Source: Pseudomonadota bacterium
GTDB lineage: Bacteria > Bdellovibrionota_B > Oligoflexia > Oligoflexales > CAIYRB01
Reading direction: 5' to 3'
NCBI GenBank assembly: GCA_031416315.1
Contig: JANOTL010000109.1
Coordinates: 32,001-96,000, forward strand
Length of the DNA stretch: 64,000 nucleotides
Under the pieces are notes generated by a model that was not told where the DNA came from, made no database searches, and saw only the letters and a list, made by a program, of their open reading frames with translations. The position numbers and the translations under genes are program-made. Shown piece by piece: positions 19,103 through 27,896 of the stretch. The stretch's first letter is position 1; each line of letters opens with the position of its first letter.

Positions 19103-21190
19103 ATGAGAAAGCTCAAGCTTTGGGTTATGCCTGCGCTCGCGTGGGCGCTGATGGGCGCGGATCATTGCCGCTTCGCCGGGGAGCCCGTCACCAGCGATCA
19201 AATCAACCTGCGCAAAGTCGCAGGCGGTTTCACGCGCCCGGTCGCCGTCGCCTTCCCGAACGATCGCACCGGCTCTTACTACCTCGTCGAGCAGCGAGGC
19301 GTCGTGAAGCTCGTCGACGCCGCCGGCGCCTCGCGCGTCGCCCTCGATTGGCGCACGCACGTCGACGACGGCGGCAACGAGATGGGCCTCCTCGGCTTGG
19401 CCTTGCACCCGCAGTTCCTGACCAACCGCCGCGTCTTCGTCAACTACACGCACACCGTGCGCGGCCAACTGAAGTCTCGCGTCGCCGAGGTGAAGGCGCG
19501 GGCCGACGGCACGCTCGACGGCGCCAGCGAGCAGACGATCCTCGAGTTCGACCAGCCGTTTTCGAACCACAACGGCGGGCACGTCGCGTTCGGCCCCGAC
19601 GGCATGCTCTACATCGGCACGGGCGACGGCGGCAGCGCCAACGACCCGCAAGGCAACGGGCAGAGTCTCCGCACCTTCCTCGCCAAGATGCTGCGGATTG
19701 ATGTCGACCATGGCGCGCCATATGTGGTGCCGGCCGACAATCCGCGCTGGGACGACGCCAGCGCCAAGCGCGAGATCTGGGCCAATGGTCTGCGCAACCC
19801 GTGGCGCTACAGCTTCGACAAGGTCACGGGCGAGCTCTGGGCCGGCGACGTCGGCCAGAACGCGTCCGAAGAGATCGACGTCGTCGAGAAGGGCAAGAAC
19901 TACGGCTGGAACACGATGGAAGGCACGCGCTGCTTTCGCACGGCGAATTGCAGCCAGGCGGGGCTTTCGCTCCCGGTCGCCGAATATCCGCGCTCGGAGG
20001 GCGCCTCCGTCACCGGCGGCTACGTCTACCGCGGCGCAGAGGTTCCCGATCTCGTCGGCGCCTACCTTTACGCGGACTACGTCAGCGGCAACATTTGGGC
20101 GCTGCGCCGCGAGAACGGCCGCGTGACCAGCAACAAGAAGATCCTGCCGAGCGGCCTCAACGTCTCGTCCTTCGGCGAGGACTCGGTCGGTGAGATGTAC
20201 CTCCTCGATCATACGAACGGCGACGTCTACCGCATCGCGCCGCCGAACCGCCGCGCGGAGGCGCCATTTCCGCGGACGCTGAGCGAGACGGGCTGCTTCG
20301 CCAGCCTCGCGCCGCTCGTTCCCGCCGCCGGGGTCACGCCGTTTCGGGTCTCTTCGGAGCTCTGGTCGGACGGCGCCGTCAAGCAGCGATTCGTCTACGT
20401 GCCCGAAGGCAACGCCAAGATCCCGTTCCGCGCCGAGGGCGGCTTCGCCGTCCCGGAAGGCACCGTCTTTTTGAAGAGCTTCGCCATCCCCGAAGTGGGC
20501 GGCTCGGCGCCGATCGAGACGCGCGTCCTCGTGAAGAAAGCGGGCCGGTACGTCGGCTACACGTATCGGTGGAACGCGGAGCATACCGACGCGCATCTCC
20601 TTTCGGGCGCGGCGACGCAAAGGACGCGGATCTTCGACGGGCGCGCGGTGGAAGAGTTCGACTACTATTTCCCGAGCCAATCCGACTGCACGCGCTGCCA
20701 CAACAACGCCACGCCGGGCGTCCTGGGCTTCGACCGCGAGCATCTGAACTTCGACGACCAGATCCCCGCGCTCGCGACCGCGGGGATCTTCGAGGCCGGG
20801 ACCGTGCCGCGGGACGTCGCGAGCCTGGGCTACATCCCGGCGATCACGGAGACCTCGGCTGCCATCGACGCGCGGGCGCGCGCTTATCTGCACACGCAGT
20901 GCGCGCATTGCCACACGCCGGAGAACCCGGGCAATCAGGGTGACTTCGATTTGCGGTTTGCGACCTTGCTGCGGGACACGAAGCTTTGCACGGCGGAGCC
21001 GCAGAATGACATGGGCATTGGCGGCGCTAAGATCCTGAAGCCGGGGAGCCCGGACCAGTCGCTTGCCTGGGTGCGTCTCCACACGTTGCAGAAGGACGTG
21101 CGCATGCCGCCTTTGGCTACGAGTCGACGGGATGCTGGGGGGAGCCAGTTGGTGCGGAACTGGATTTCGGGGCTCGCGACCTGTATCTAG
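19103..21190 (+). CDS. PQQ-dependent glucose/sorbosone dehydrogenase beta-propeller fused to a diheme c-type cytochrome domain
   Basis: EMGLLGLALHPQF, NHNGG, GDGGS, GLRNPWR, GDVGQ, SSFGED; C-terminal LWSDGAVK, CTRCH, CAHCH, RMPP. Confidence 0.88.
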   Translation: MRKLKLWVMPALAWALMGADHCRFAGEPVTSDQINLRKVAGGFTRPVAVAFPNDRTGSYYLVEQRGVVKLVDAAGASRVALDWRTHVDDGGNEMGLLGLALHPQFLTNRRVFVNYTHTVRGQLKSRVAEVKARADGTLDGASEQTILEFDQPFSNHNGGHVAFGPDGMLYIGTGDGGSANDPQGNGQSLRTFLAKMLRIDVDHGAPYVVPADNPRWDDASAKREIWANGLRNPWRYSFDKVTGELWAGDVGQNASEEIDVVEKGKNYGWNTMEGTRCFRTANCSQAGLSLPVAEYPRSEGASVTGGYVYRGAEVPDLVGAYLYADYVSGNIWALRRENGRVTSNKKILPSGLNVSSFGEDSVGEMYLLDHTNGDVYRIAPPNRRAEAPFPRTLSETGCFASLAPLVPAAGVTPFRVSSELWSDGAVKQRFVYVPEGNAKIPFRAEGGFAVPEGTVFLKSFAIPEVGGSAPIETRVLVKKAGRYVGYTYRWNAEHTDAHLLSGAATQRTRIFDGRAVEEFDYYFPSQSDCTRCHNNATPGVLGFDREHLNFDDQIPALATAGIFEAGTVPRDVASLGYIPAITETSAAIDARARAYLHTQCAHCHTPENPGNQGDFDLRFATLLRDTKLCTAEPQNDMGIGGAKILKPGSPDQSLAWVRLHTLQKDVRMPPLATSRRDAGGSQLVRNWISGLATCI

Positions 21191-21246
21191 ACCCTGGCGC
21201 GAAAGCGCCAGGGTCTATCCCGAGCGGAGCGAGGGATCTCGGCGCT
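21188..21246 (+). repeat. REP-like palindromic repeat, left copy
   Basis: TAGACCCTGGCGC-GAAA-GCGCCAGGGTCTA hairpin followed by TCCCGAGCGGAGCGAGGGATCTCGGCGCT; inverted copy at 21485-21545. Confidence 0.85.
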
Positions 21247-21275
21247 TTCACCTGCGCCGCTGCGTCCCGGCACCA

Positions 21276-21359
21276 TCATGACAGCTCCCGTCGATCAGGA
21301 TTAACGGCACTGATGAGCGCCTCTTTCTTAGCCCGGCTCAAACCCTTGAGCTGTCCTCG
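21276..21359 (-). pseudogene. Remnant of the C-terminus of a small GIY-YIG (URI-domain) endonuclease
   Basis: Manual translation RGQLKGLSRAKKEALISAVNPDRRELS*, resembling the family tail REKQLKGWSRxKKxALIxxxNPxWxDL; in-frame stop just upstream and no N-terminal GIY/YIG motifs. Confidence 0.65.
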
Positions 21360-21484
21360 GCTTCAATCTGCGGCAACTGACCAGGGTGCAGCGAGCAGGG
21401 AAGGCAAAGGCTGCATGAACAAGCGATCGGGAAATTGCGAGGGAATCCGGCGAGAGCGAGGGTCGCGTGACGGACGTTATGGGT

Positions 21485-21545
21485 AGCGCCGCGAGATCCC
21501 TCGCTCCGCTCGGGATAGACCCTGGCGCTTTCGCGCTAGGGTCTA
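21485..21545 (-). repeat. REP-like palindromic repeat, right (inverted) copy
   Basis: Reverse complement matches 21188-21246 with one substitution and a 2-nt insertion. Confidence 0.85.
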
Positions 21546-21550
21546 TCTAG

Positions 21551-22246
21551 TCAGCGCAAAGCCATCGCCTCGACCGCGTCGAAATCCGGCGCGGTCCGAT
21601 GGCGATCCGAGGCGGTGATCCCAGGCCGGATCAGCTGGATCGTCCCGACCCCGACCTGCGCGGCGGCGTCGAGCTCCTCGGCGACGTCGGAGAGAAAGAG
21701 CGCCTCGCCGCCCGAGCGCCGCACCTCTTTGAGGATGTTGCCGTAGGCCGCGGGCTCGCGTTTTTTGCCTACGGCAGTGTCGAAATACCAGGAAAACAGC
21801 GGCGAAAGGTCGCCGGCGCTCGAATGCGTGAACAGGAGCTTTTGCGCCGCGACCGAGCCGGAGGAGTAGACGCCGAGCTCGCGGCCGGACTTTTTCCAGC
21901 GCTCGAGCGCGGGCGCGACGTCGTCGTAGACGGCGCCCTTGTACGCGCCCGACTCGTAGCCGTGGCGCCAGATCAGGCCTTGCAGGGTCTTCAGCGCCGG
22001 ATGCTTCCGGTCTTCGTCGATCCAGCGCAGGAGCTCTTCGACGGCGCCGTCAGTGTAGATCGCGCGATTTTTCTCCTCGCGCACGGTGGCGATCGCGTCG
22101 TCTAGGCATTGTCTGACGATCGGATCGTCCTCGTTGGCGAGGACGAAGCTCGGCAGCCGCGCGGCGGAGTAGGGGAAGAGCACGTCGTGAACGAAGGTGA
22201 TCGGGGTCGTCGTGCCTTCGATGTCGGTTAAGATCAAGTGGATCAA
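21551..22246 (-). CDS. mtnC: Enolase-phosphatase E1 / acireductone synthase (methionine salvage)
   Basis: ILTDIEGTTTPITFVHDVLFPY, DRKHPALKTLQG, YSSGSVAAQKLLF, FLSDV.ELDAA. Confidence 0.93.
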   Translation of the reverse strand: MIHLILTDIEGTTTPITFVHDVLFPYSAARLPSFVLANEDDPIVRQCLDDAIATVREEKNRAIYTDGAVEELLRWIDEDRKHPALKTLQGLIWRHGYESGAYKGAVYDDVAPALERWKKSGRELGVYSSGSVAAQKLLFTHSSAGDLSPLFSWYFDTAVGKKREPAAYGNILKEVRRSGGEALFLSDVAEELDAAAQVGVGTIQLIRPGITASDRHRTAPDFDAVEAMALR

Positions 22247-22256
22247 ATGGGAAGCC

Positions 22257-23525
22257 TCAGAAGAGCGACTCGACGAACTCGGCCGGTTTGAAATCGCGCA
22301 GGTCTTTCGCCTTCTCGCCGACGCCGATGTAGCGAACGGGGAGGCCGAACTGGTCGGAGATGCCGACCACGACGCCGCCTTTGGCGGTGCCGTCGAGCTT
22401 GGTGACGACGAGGCCGGTGACGCCGGCGATCTCGCTGAAGGCTTTCACTTGCTGCACGGCGTTTTGGCCCGTCGTGGCGTCGACGACGAGCCAGGTCTCG
22501 TGCGGGGCGCCGGGAAGGTCTTTGCCGATGACGCGCGTCACCTTCTCCAGCTCCTGCATCAGCTCCTTGCGGCTGTGGAGGCGGCCGGCGGTGTCGATGA
22601 TCAAGACGTCCATCTTCCGCGCCATCGCGGCTTTCACGCCGTCATACGCCACGGCGGCGGGATCGGAGCCTTGCTTGTGCTTGATCACCTCGACGCCTAA
22701 GCGCTTGCCCCAGACCTCGAGCTGCTCGATCGCGGCGGCGCGGAAGGTGTCGCCGGCGGCGAGCAGCACCTTCTTGTCCTGCGCCAGGAAATGGGCGGCG
22801 AGCTTGCCGATGGTCGTCGTCTTGCCGACGCCGTTGACGCCCACGACGAGGATGATCCAGGGCCCTTCGGCGGGCACGTTGAGCGGCTTGGTCGGTCGCT
22901 CCAGGATCTCCCGCGCTTCCTGCTTGAGGCAGCGCGCGACCGCGAGCCAGTCGGTGCTCTCGTCTTTCTCCAGAGTCTTGCGAACTTTGTCGACGAGCTT
23001 GTCGGCGGTGGCGACGCCGATGTCGGCTCGGTATAGCGCCTCGTGCAGCCTCTCCAGGACGCCCGCGTCGATCCGCGTCTTGCCGGTGAACACCGCCTCG
23101 ATCGAGGCGCGAAAGGAATCACGCGTCTTCGACAGGCCGTCGCGCAGGCGAGAGAGCCAGGAGCTTCGGTCTGCGCCGCGCAGCTCGCTGAGCTCTTGGT
23201 CCTCGCCGGACGGCTCGGGATCGGCCGCCTTCGGCACGACCTTGAGCTGCGGCCGCGAGGGCGTCGGGACGACCGGCTCGGGCTCGGCCAGGTTCGGCGC
23301 AAGACGCCGGTCCTCGCCGCTGACCGGAGTCTCGATCGACAGGCTCTCGGCGTTCACGTCCTCGATGAGGAGGCGCGCCTCGCGGCGGCGGCTTATGTAG
23401 ATGACGATCGCGGCGATGGCGCCGACGACGAACAGAAGCCCGATCGGGGCCGCGATCAGGAACCAAAGGCCCGGATCGGAGCCGGCATTCTTCAACAGGT
23501 CGAACGGGTCGGTTCTCGGTTCCAC
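22257..23525 (-). CDS. ftsY: Signal recognition particle receptor FtsY with N-terminal TM segment (start uncertain)
   Basis: GLSKTR, GVNGVGKTTTIGKLA, DTFRAAA, DTAGR, DATTGQN, TKLDGTAKGG, IGVGE. Confidence 0.95.
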   Translation of the reverse strand: MEPRTDPFDLLKNAGSDPGLWFLIAAPIGLLFVVGAIAAIVIYISRRREARLLIEDVNAESLSIETPVSGEDRRLAPNLAEPEPVVPTPSRPQLKVVPKAADPEPSGEDQELSELRGADRSSWLSRLRDGLSKTRDSFRASIEAVFTGKTRIDAGVLERLHEALYRADIGVATADKLVDKVRKTLEKDESTDWLAVARCLKQEAREILERPTKPLNVPAEGPWIILVVGVNGVGKTTTIGKLAAHFLAQDKKVLLAAGDTFRAAAIEQLEVWGKRLGVEVIKHKQGSDPAAVAYDGVKAAMARKMDVLIIDTAGRLHSRKELMQELEKVTRVIGKDLPGAPHETWLVVDATTGQNAVQQVKAFSEIAGVTGLVVTKLDGTAKGGVVVGISDQFGLPVRYIGVGEKAKDLRDFKPAEFVESLF

Positions 23526-23572
23526 GGGATCGCGTGCTCCAACGAAGGATCTAGGGTAAAACAATTTCAGAC

Positions 23573-24979
23573 ATGGTTCGACAAGTAGAAAAATCCAAGG
23601 CTTGGCCCCCGTCCCTGAAGCTTTGCGGAGTCAGGCGCGTCGAAGACGTGCGACTCGCGGCCGAGCGCGGCTTTCGCTGGGTCGGCTTTAACACCTATCT
23701 CGGGTCGAAACGGCACATTGACGCCGCGGCGGCGGCCGCGCTCTGGCGCGAGGCCGGGGTGTCCGGCGCCTCGGCCGTTCTGGTCGTCGTCGACCTCGAG
23801 CCGAAGGCGGTCGCGGCCGCGCTTGCGACTTTTCCCGAGGCGAGGGCGGTGCAGTGCCACGGGGCGGAAACGCCGGCGGCGCTCGACGCGGTGCGGGCCG
23901 TCCTCGAAGGACGCGCGCTTTGGAAGGCCGTGCCGATCCTCGCGGAGGCCGACGTGCGCGAGCTGCCGCGGCGCTACGCGGCTCACTGCGATCTCCTCCT
24001 GCTTGATCAGGGCAAGCCGCCAGAGGGCGCTGCCGTCGCGGGGGGAAGCGGCGTGCGCTTCGACTGGCGTTGGCTCGCCGCGTACGACGCTGCCACGCCG
24101 CTCGGCGTTGCGGGCGGCGTCAGACCCGAAAACGTTTCCGAGCTGCGCGCCCACGCGCCCGCGCTCATCGATCTGTCGTCCGGCGTCGAGAGGGCGCCCG
24201 GCGTGAAGGATCCGGGCCTGGTGGCGGCGTTCTGCGCCGCGCTCGCCGTGCTTTTTTGCCTCGCCATGCCGGCGCGCGCAGAGGACGCGCTCGAGAACGC
24301 GAAGGACGAGATCACCTCTTTGCCGAAGCCCGAGCTCGACGAGTTCGTCAGCAAAGCGGAGATCCACGAGTGGGATCGCTACGTGCGCGGATTTCGGCGC
24401 GACCACAACTTCGCGCTCAGCGCCGGCGTCAGTCAGGGGATCTGGAACGTCAAGCGCCTGGGCACGCTGGAGAAGCGGAAGTTCCGCAACTCGGGCGTCT
24501 ACTCTCGCTTTCAGTACTCGTTCCACCTTCCGTTGTGGCGCGGCTTCGGGTACATGCTTGGCTCGTCTTTCGGCTATCACTACGAATCGAGCGACCGCCG
24601 CCGGCCGTTCGCGCCGGTGCCGGCCTACATTTTCCCGGGGATCCTAACCGGGCTGGTGCTCAACATCTCGCCCGTCTTCCGCGCCGCCGCCACGTTCGAG
24701 GCGAACATGGAGCGCCACGACGGCGTCCGCGAGCACGACGGCCGCGGCGAAGACACCGAGATCAGCATCACGCTGCAGGCCTGGGATGCCGGCGTCTACT
24801 TCGACGTCTTCTACGACCTGGCCTGGGCGATCCGAGTGGAGGCGCACCACCGCTTCCTCGACTACCTGGAGCCCCGATGCACCCGGGACAACTGCCGAAA
24901 AAAGGGTTTCGACGTCAACGCCAACCTGAAAAAGGCGGACGACTGGCTCGGCATCGGCCTCGTCCATCACCTCCTGTGA
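23573..24979 (+). CDS. trpF: Phosphoribosylanthranilate isomerase (first ~225 aa) fused in frame to a signal-peptide-like segment and a probable outer-membrane beta-barrel-like domain
   Basis: LKLCGVR, WVGF, VQCHGAE, LLLD, GGSGVRFDW, AGGVRPENV, DLSSGVE.APGVKD; then AVLFCLAMPARA|ED and amphipathic beta strands ending WLGIGLVHHLL. Confidence 0.8.
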   Translation: MVRQVEKSKAWPPSLKLCGVRRVEDVRLAAERGFRWVGFNTYLGSKRHIDAAAAAALWREAGVSGASAVLVVVDLEPKAVAAALATFPEARAVQCHGAETPAALDAVRAVLEGRALWKAVPILAEADVRELPRRYAAHCDLLLLDQGKPPEGAAVAGGSGVRFDWRWLAAYDAATPLGVAGGVRPENVSELRAHAPALIDLSSGVERAPGVKDPGLVAAFCAALAVLFCLAMPARAEDALENAKDEITSLPKPELDEFVSKAEIHEWDRYVRGFRRDHNFALSAGVSQGIWNVKRLGTLEKRKFRNSGVYSRFQYSFHLPLWRGFGYMLGSSFGYHYESSDRRRPFAPVPAYIFPGILTGLVLNISPVFRAAATFEANMERHDGVREHDGRGEDTEISITLQAWDAGVYFDVFYDLAWAIRVEAHHRFLDYLEPRCTRDNCRKKGFDVNANLKKADDWLGIGLVHHLL

Positions 24980-25052
24980 ATCCGTAAACCCCTGATTCCT
25001 CAAGTTCCCGCCGCATGCGGTCGAAAAGGGAGGGACGAGGGGGAAGCGCGGC

Positions 25053-25256
25053 ATGGCCAAAGACGAGAAGAAGATCACGAAGGACGTGAACCGGGGCACT
25101 CAGGACGAGCTCGAGGTCGTCATGATGATCGTGTCCGAGAACCTCGCGCTGCGGATGACGGTGATGGAGCGGATCAAACAGGTGAAGAATCGCATCGCGC
25201 AGCGTAACCGTTCGGGAGCGTCGGATGGGCCAAAGCTTTCGAAAAAACCTGAGTAA
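25053..25256 (+). CDS. Small hypothetical protein (67 aa)
   Basis: Purine-rich RBS; natural-looking charged helical sequence. Confidence 0.55.
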   Translation: MAKDEKKITKDVNRGTQDELEVVMMIVSENLALRMTVMERIKQVKNRIAQRNRSGASDGPKLSKKPE

Positions 25257-25863
25257 TCCCGCCGTCTGGTCGGCCCTCGTCGTCGCGCTCGGGATGGGCG
25301 GCCCGACGGCTTGCGTAAGCACGACCGCGCCCAAGCAGGACGTCCTCGAGACCTCGAGCGCAAAAGCTCCGGCTTGGGTCGTGCTCGCGCCGGCGCGGTG
25401 GCACAAGCCGGCGCAGGCGGGCGCCGGGTTTCGCTTCATTTTCGCGCGCGACCGTCTGGGTGACGTCGCCGGCGGCATGAAGGACACGCAGCTAGGCGCG
25501 ATGGACGCAAGTCTCGCGGCCTACGTCGCGGCCGGCAGGGAGGCTACCACCGAGTTGGCGGGCGCGGACGCCGCCAAAGCCGCCACCGTCGAGCTGGAGC
25601 GCGCGCTCGAGGAAGCGGGGCGCGAGGCGCACGGGCGCTTGGCGCGGGTTTCGGATGTCTATTACGAGACGAGCGCAGCCGACGCAAACGGCAGGCTGCG
25701 GTATCGGGCTTGGGTCATGGTCGAGATGCCAACGGGCGCCGTGAGCCAGCTCCTGGAGGGGCTGGAGAGGCGCCTCGCTCGATCACGCGATCCGAAGGCG
25801 CGTCGCGTCGGCGACAGCTTAAAAAGGGCGGGGGCCAAGGGTGTCCCGGAGCTCGCCCGATAG
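25225..25863 (+). CDS. Hypothetical lipoprotein (LPP20-like)
   Basis: Lipobox PTAC, PAWV motif, DVYYET...YRAWVMVEMP. Confidence 0.6.
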   Translation: MGQSFRKNLSNPAVWSALVVALGMGGPTACVSTTAPKQDVLETSSAKAPAWVVLAPARWHKPAQAGAGFRFIFARDRLGDVAGGMKDTQLGAMDASLAAYVAAGREATTELAGADAAKAATVELERALEEAGREAHGRLARVSDVYYETSAADANGRLRYRAWVMVEMPTGAVSQLLEGLERRLARSRDPKARRVGDSLKRAGAKGVPELAR

Positions 25864-25929
25864 GCATCTTTTAGGCACGGAGCGGGTGCTCGGGAGACTG
25901 GCACGGGGCGGGCGTGACTGCTAGGTTGG

Positions 25930-27747
25930 GTGGTTCGAAATGGGGAACCACTGCCTTTGTCCGATGTCGTGCCTGCCAGTCTCGCGTCGATTGCGCCGCA
26001 CCTCGTGTTGCCTGCGTGGTGGGTGCGCGCCTACGAGGAGACCACCTTCTCCGACGGTCCCGAGGAGAGCGCGATGCGGCGCGCGGCGCAGGCGGGGCTC
26101 GCTCCCGTCATGTCCTCGGTCGAGCTGAACGCGCTCGCCGTCGTGCTCGCGAGCTTGCAGGAGCAGATGCTCGCGGGGCAGCACCGGCTCCTCGTGATTC
26201 GCTCCGAGGATCATTTGAAGCATGCGAGCACGACAGTGAAGAGCCGCCTCTTCGCTTTCGAGCGCATCGTCCAGCAGCTCGCCGGGGTGCGCATTCTGGC
26301 GCCGGGCGTGGACAAGGTGCGGCGCTCTTACAAGATCTTCGCCGCCGATAGCTTCATTTCGGGCGAGGGCGATTCGACCGCGGTCGAGCTCTTGCCGACG
26401 CGCCTCGGAGCCGAGCTGACGCTCGGGCTCGCGGATCCGCATCTGGATCTGGTCAGGCTCGCGGCGGGCGAGCCGGAGGCGCACACCGTCCTCGGCGGGA
26501 AGGCGCCGCTCGGGCTTTGGCGTAGCGTCTGGCTCGAGCTCGGTGGGCTCGAGCAGTCCTTGTTTCTTCGCGTCGAGCGCGCGATGCAGTGGGAGACGCG
26601 CTGGCTCACTTTGGACGGCGTGTTCGGACTGCCGCTCGACGAGCTGTTTCGTGGGCTGCGCTTGCCTGAGACGCGCGACGCGGGGAGCACGGCGGAGCTC
26701 GTGCGCCGCCTGCGCGTCCTCGACCGGCTCGGGCGCCGGCTCGCCTCGCACGGGTTTTTGGCGCCGGCGGCCGCCGATCAGTACCTAGCGGTCGACGCGA
26801 AGGAAGAGACCGAGATCGTCCTGGCTTGGCAGGCCGGGCGCGAGCGGCTCGCGTCGGAGGCGATGTGCGCTTACCGCGTGCGCGTCGCCGAGTTCTTCGT
26901 GCGGCACCGCTTCGCCGATTTCGGCGACGCTTTCCACCGCCTTTTCCTTGGACCCTCGCCGACGCACGACGCGCTCGCGACGGCGCGCGCGGATTGGGGG
27001 CGCCTCACGGCCTTGCCCGTCGATCCCGAGGCGGCGACGGCGGTCGGCTTCTCGCCTTGCCAGCCGTTGGCGATGGCGGCGCTCTTTCATGAGTGGCGCC
27101 TGCGGCGAAGCTTCGCGCAGCCCTTTCCTTTACCTGATCTCGTCGTCCACGGAAGGCTCTCGGAGCTGACCGCGCCGGGGGGATCGGAAAGCGTCGTGGC
27201 CGAGCGGTTCGCCGCGTTCGCACGGTACTTCGCGGAGCATCCGCAGCTCGGCGCGTCGCTCCAAAATGTCGCGTTCGCCTCTTACGCCTCGACGGCGAGT
27301 AAGGCGAGCCGGGAGCTGCGCGAGCGTCTGAGCGCAGCGCTGACGCCGCCTTCGCCCGAAGTGCGGCTGAGCGGGGATGCGCCCAAGGCGGCGGCGCGCG
27401 AGCTGCCCTCGCCCCAAAGCGCGACGCAGGCCAGCGCCGGCGGGGCCTCCGTTGGTGTGGCGGCGCGGCCGGTTGTCGAGGGCTCGGTCTCCGGCGCTTT
27501 GGCGTCGCGTATGCGGCGCATCGCCTCCGACGAGCTGGCGAAGATGCGGGCTTCGGCGCCCGAGCGTTACGGCGAGCTACGCCGCGCCTATTTCTCGTCG
27601 ATCGACGTCGACCAGCGCCGGACCATCCTGGATTGTCAGAAGACGATGCCGGTCACGATGTTCGAGGAGCACCTGAAGCACCGTCTGGTGCGGTATATGG
27701 TGGAAAACCCTGGTGGCTGGCGGACGACGGCTCACACGTCGATTTGA
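25930..27747 (+). CDS. Hypothetical protein, possibly a degenerate winged-helix replication-initiator-like protein
   Basis: 605-aa ORF with coding-like composition; weak resemblance only (see findings). Confidence 0.6.
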   Translation: MVRNGEPLPLSDVVPASLASIAPHLVLPAWWVRAYEETTFSDGPEESAMRRAAQAGLAPVMSSVELNALAVVLASLQEQMLAGQHRLLVIRSEDHLKHASTTVKSRLFAFERIVQQLAGVRILAPGVDKVRRSYKIFAADSFISGEGDSTAVELLPTRLGAELTLGLADPHLDLVRLAAGEPEAHTVLGGKAPLGLWRSVWLELGGLEQSLFLRVERAMQWETRWLTLDGVFGLPLDELFRGLRLPETRDAGSTAELVRRLRVLDRLGRRLASHGFLAPAAADQYLAVDAKEETEIVLAWQAGRERLASEAMCAYRVRVAEFFVRHRFADFGDAFHRLFLGPSPTHDALATARADWGRLTALPVDPEAATAVGFSPCQPLAMAALFHEWRLRRSFAQPFPLPDLVVHGRLSELTAPGGSESVVAERFAAFARYFAEHPQLGASLQNVAFASYASTASKASRELRERLSAALTPPSPEVRLSGDAPKAAARELPSPQSATQASAGGASVGVAARPVVEGSVSGALASRMRRIASDELAKMRASAPERYGELRRAYFSSIDVDQRRTILDCQKTMPVTMFEEHLKHRLVRYMVENPGGWRTTAHTSI

Positions 27748-27896
27748 CTGACCTTTCCATTGAAAACCATATCAATTTTATAAAATCCGGTTTACAGCGT
27801 GGCTGAAATCTGGGATAAGCGCGTCGCTACTTTCTCACGAACCTACGCCCTCATGAACTCATATACCCCCCCCTCCACGCCATTAGGAGTGCCTAC

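Noticed and set aside
21188..21545. Repeats as a CRISPR array or IS ends
   Set aside because: Only two copies, inverted, with no spacers, cas genes or transposase.
27760..27790. AT-rich palindrome as a dif site or oriC
   Set aside because: No XerD arm (TTATGTTAAAT-like) and no DnaA-box cluster seen.
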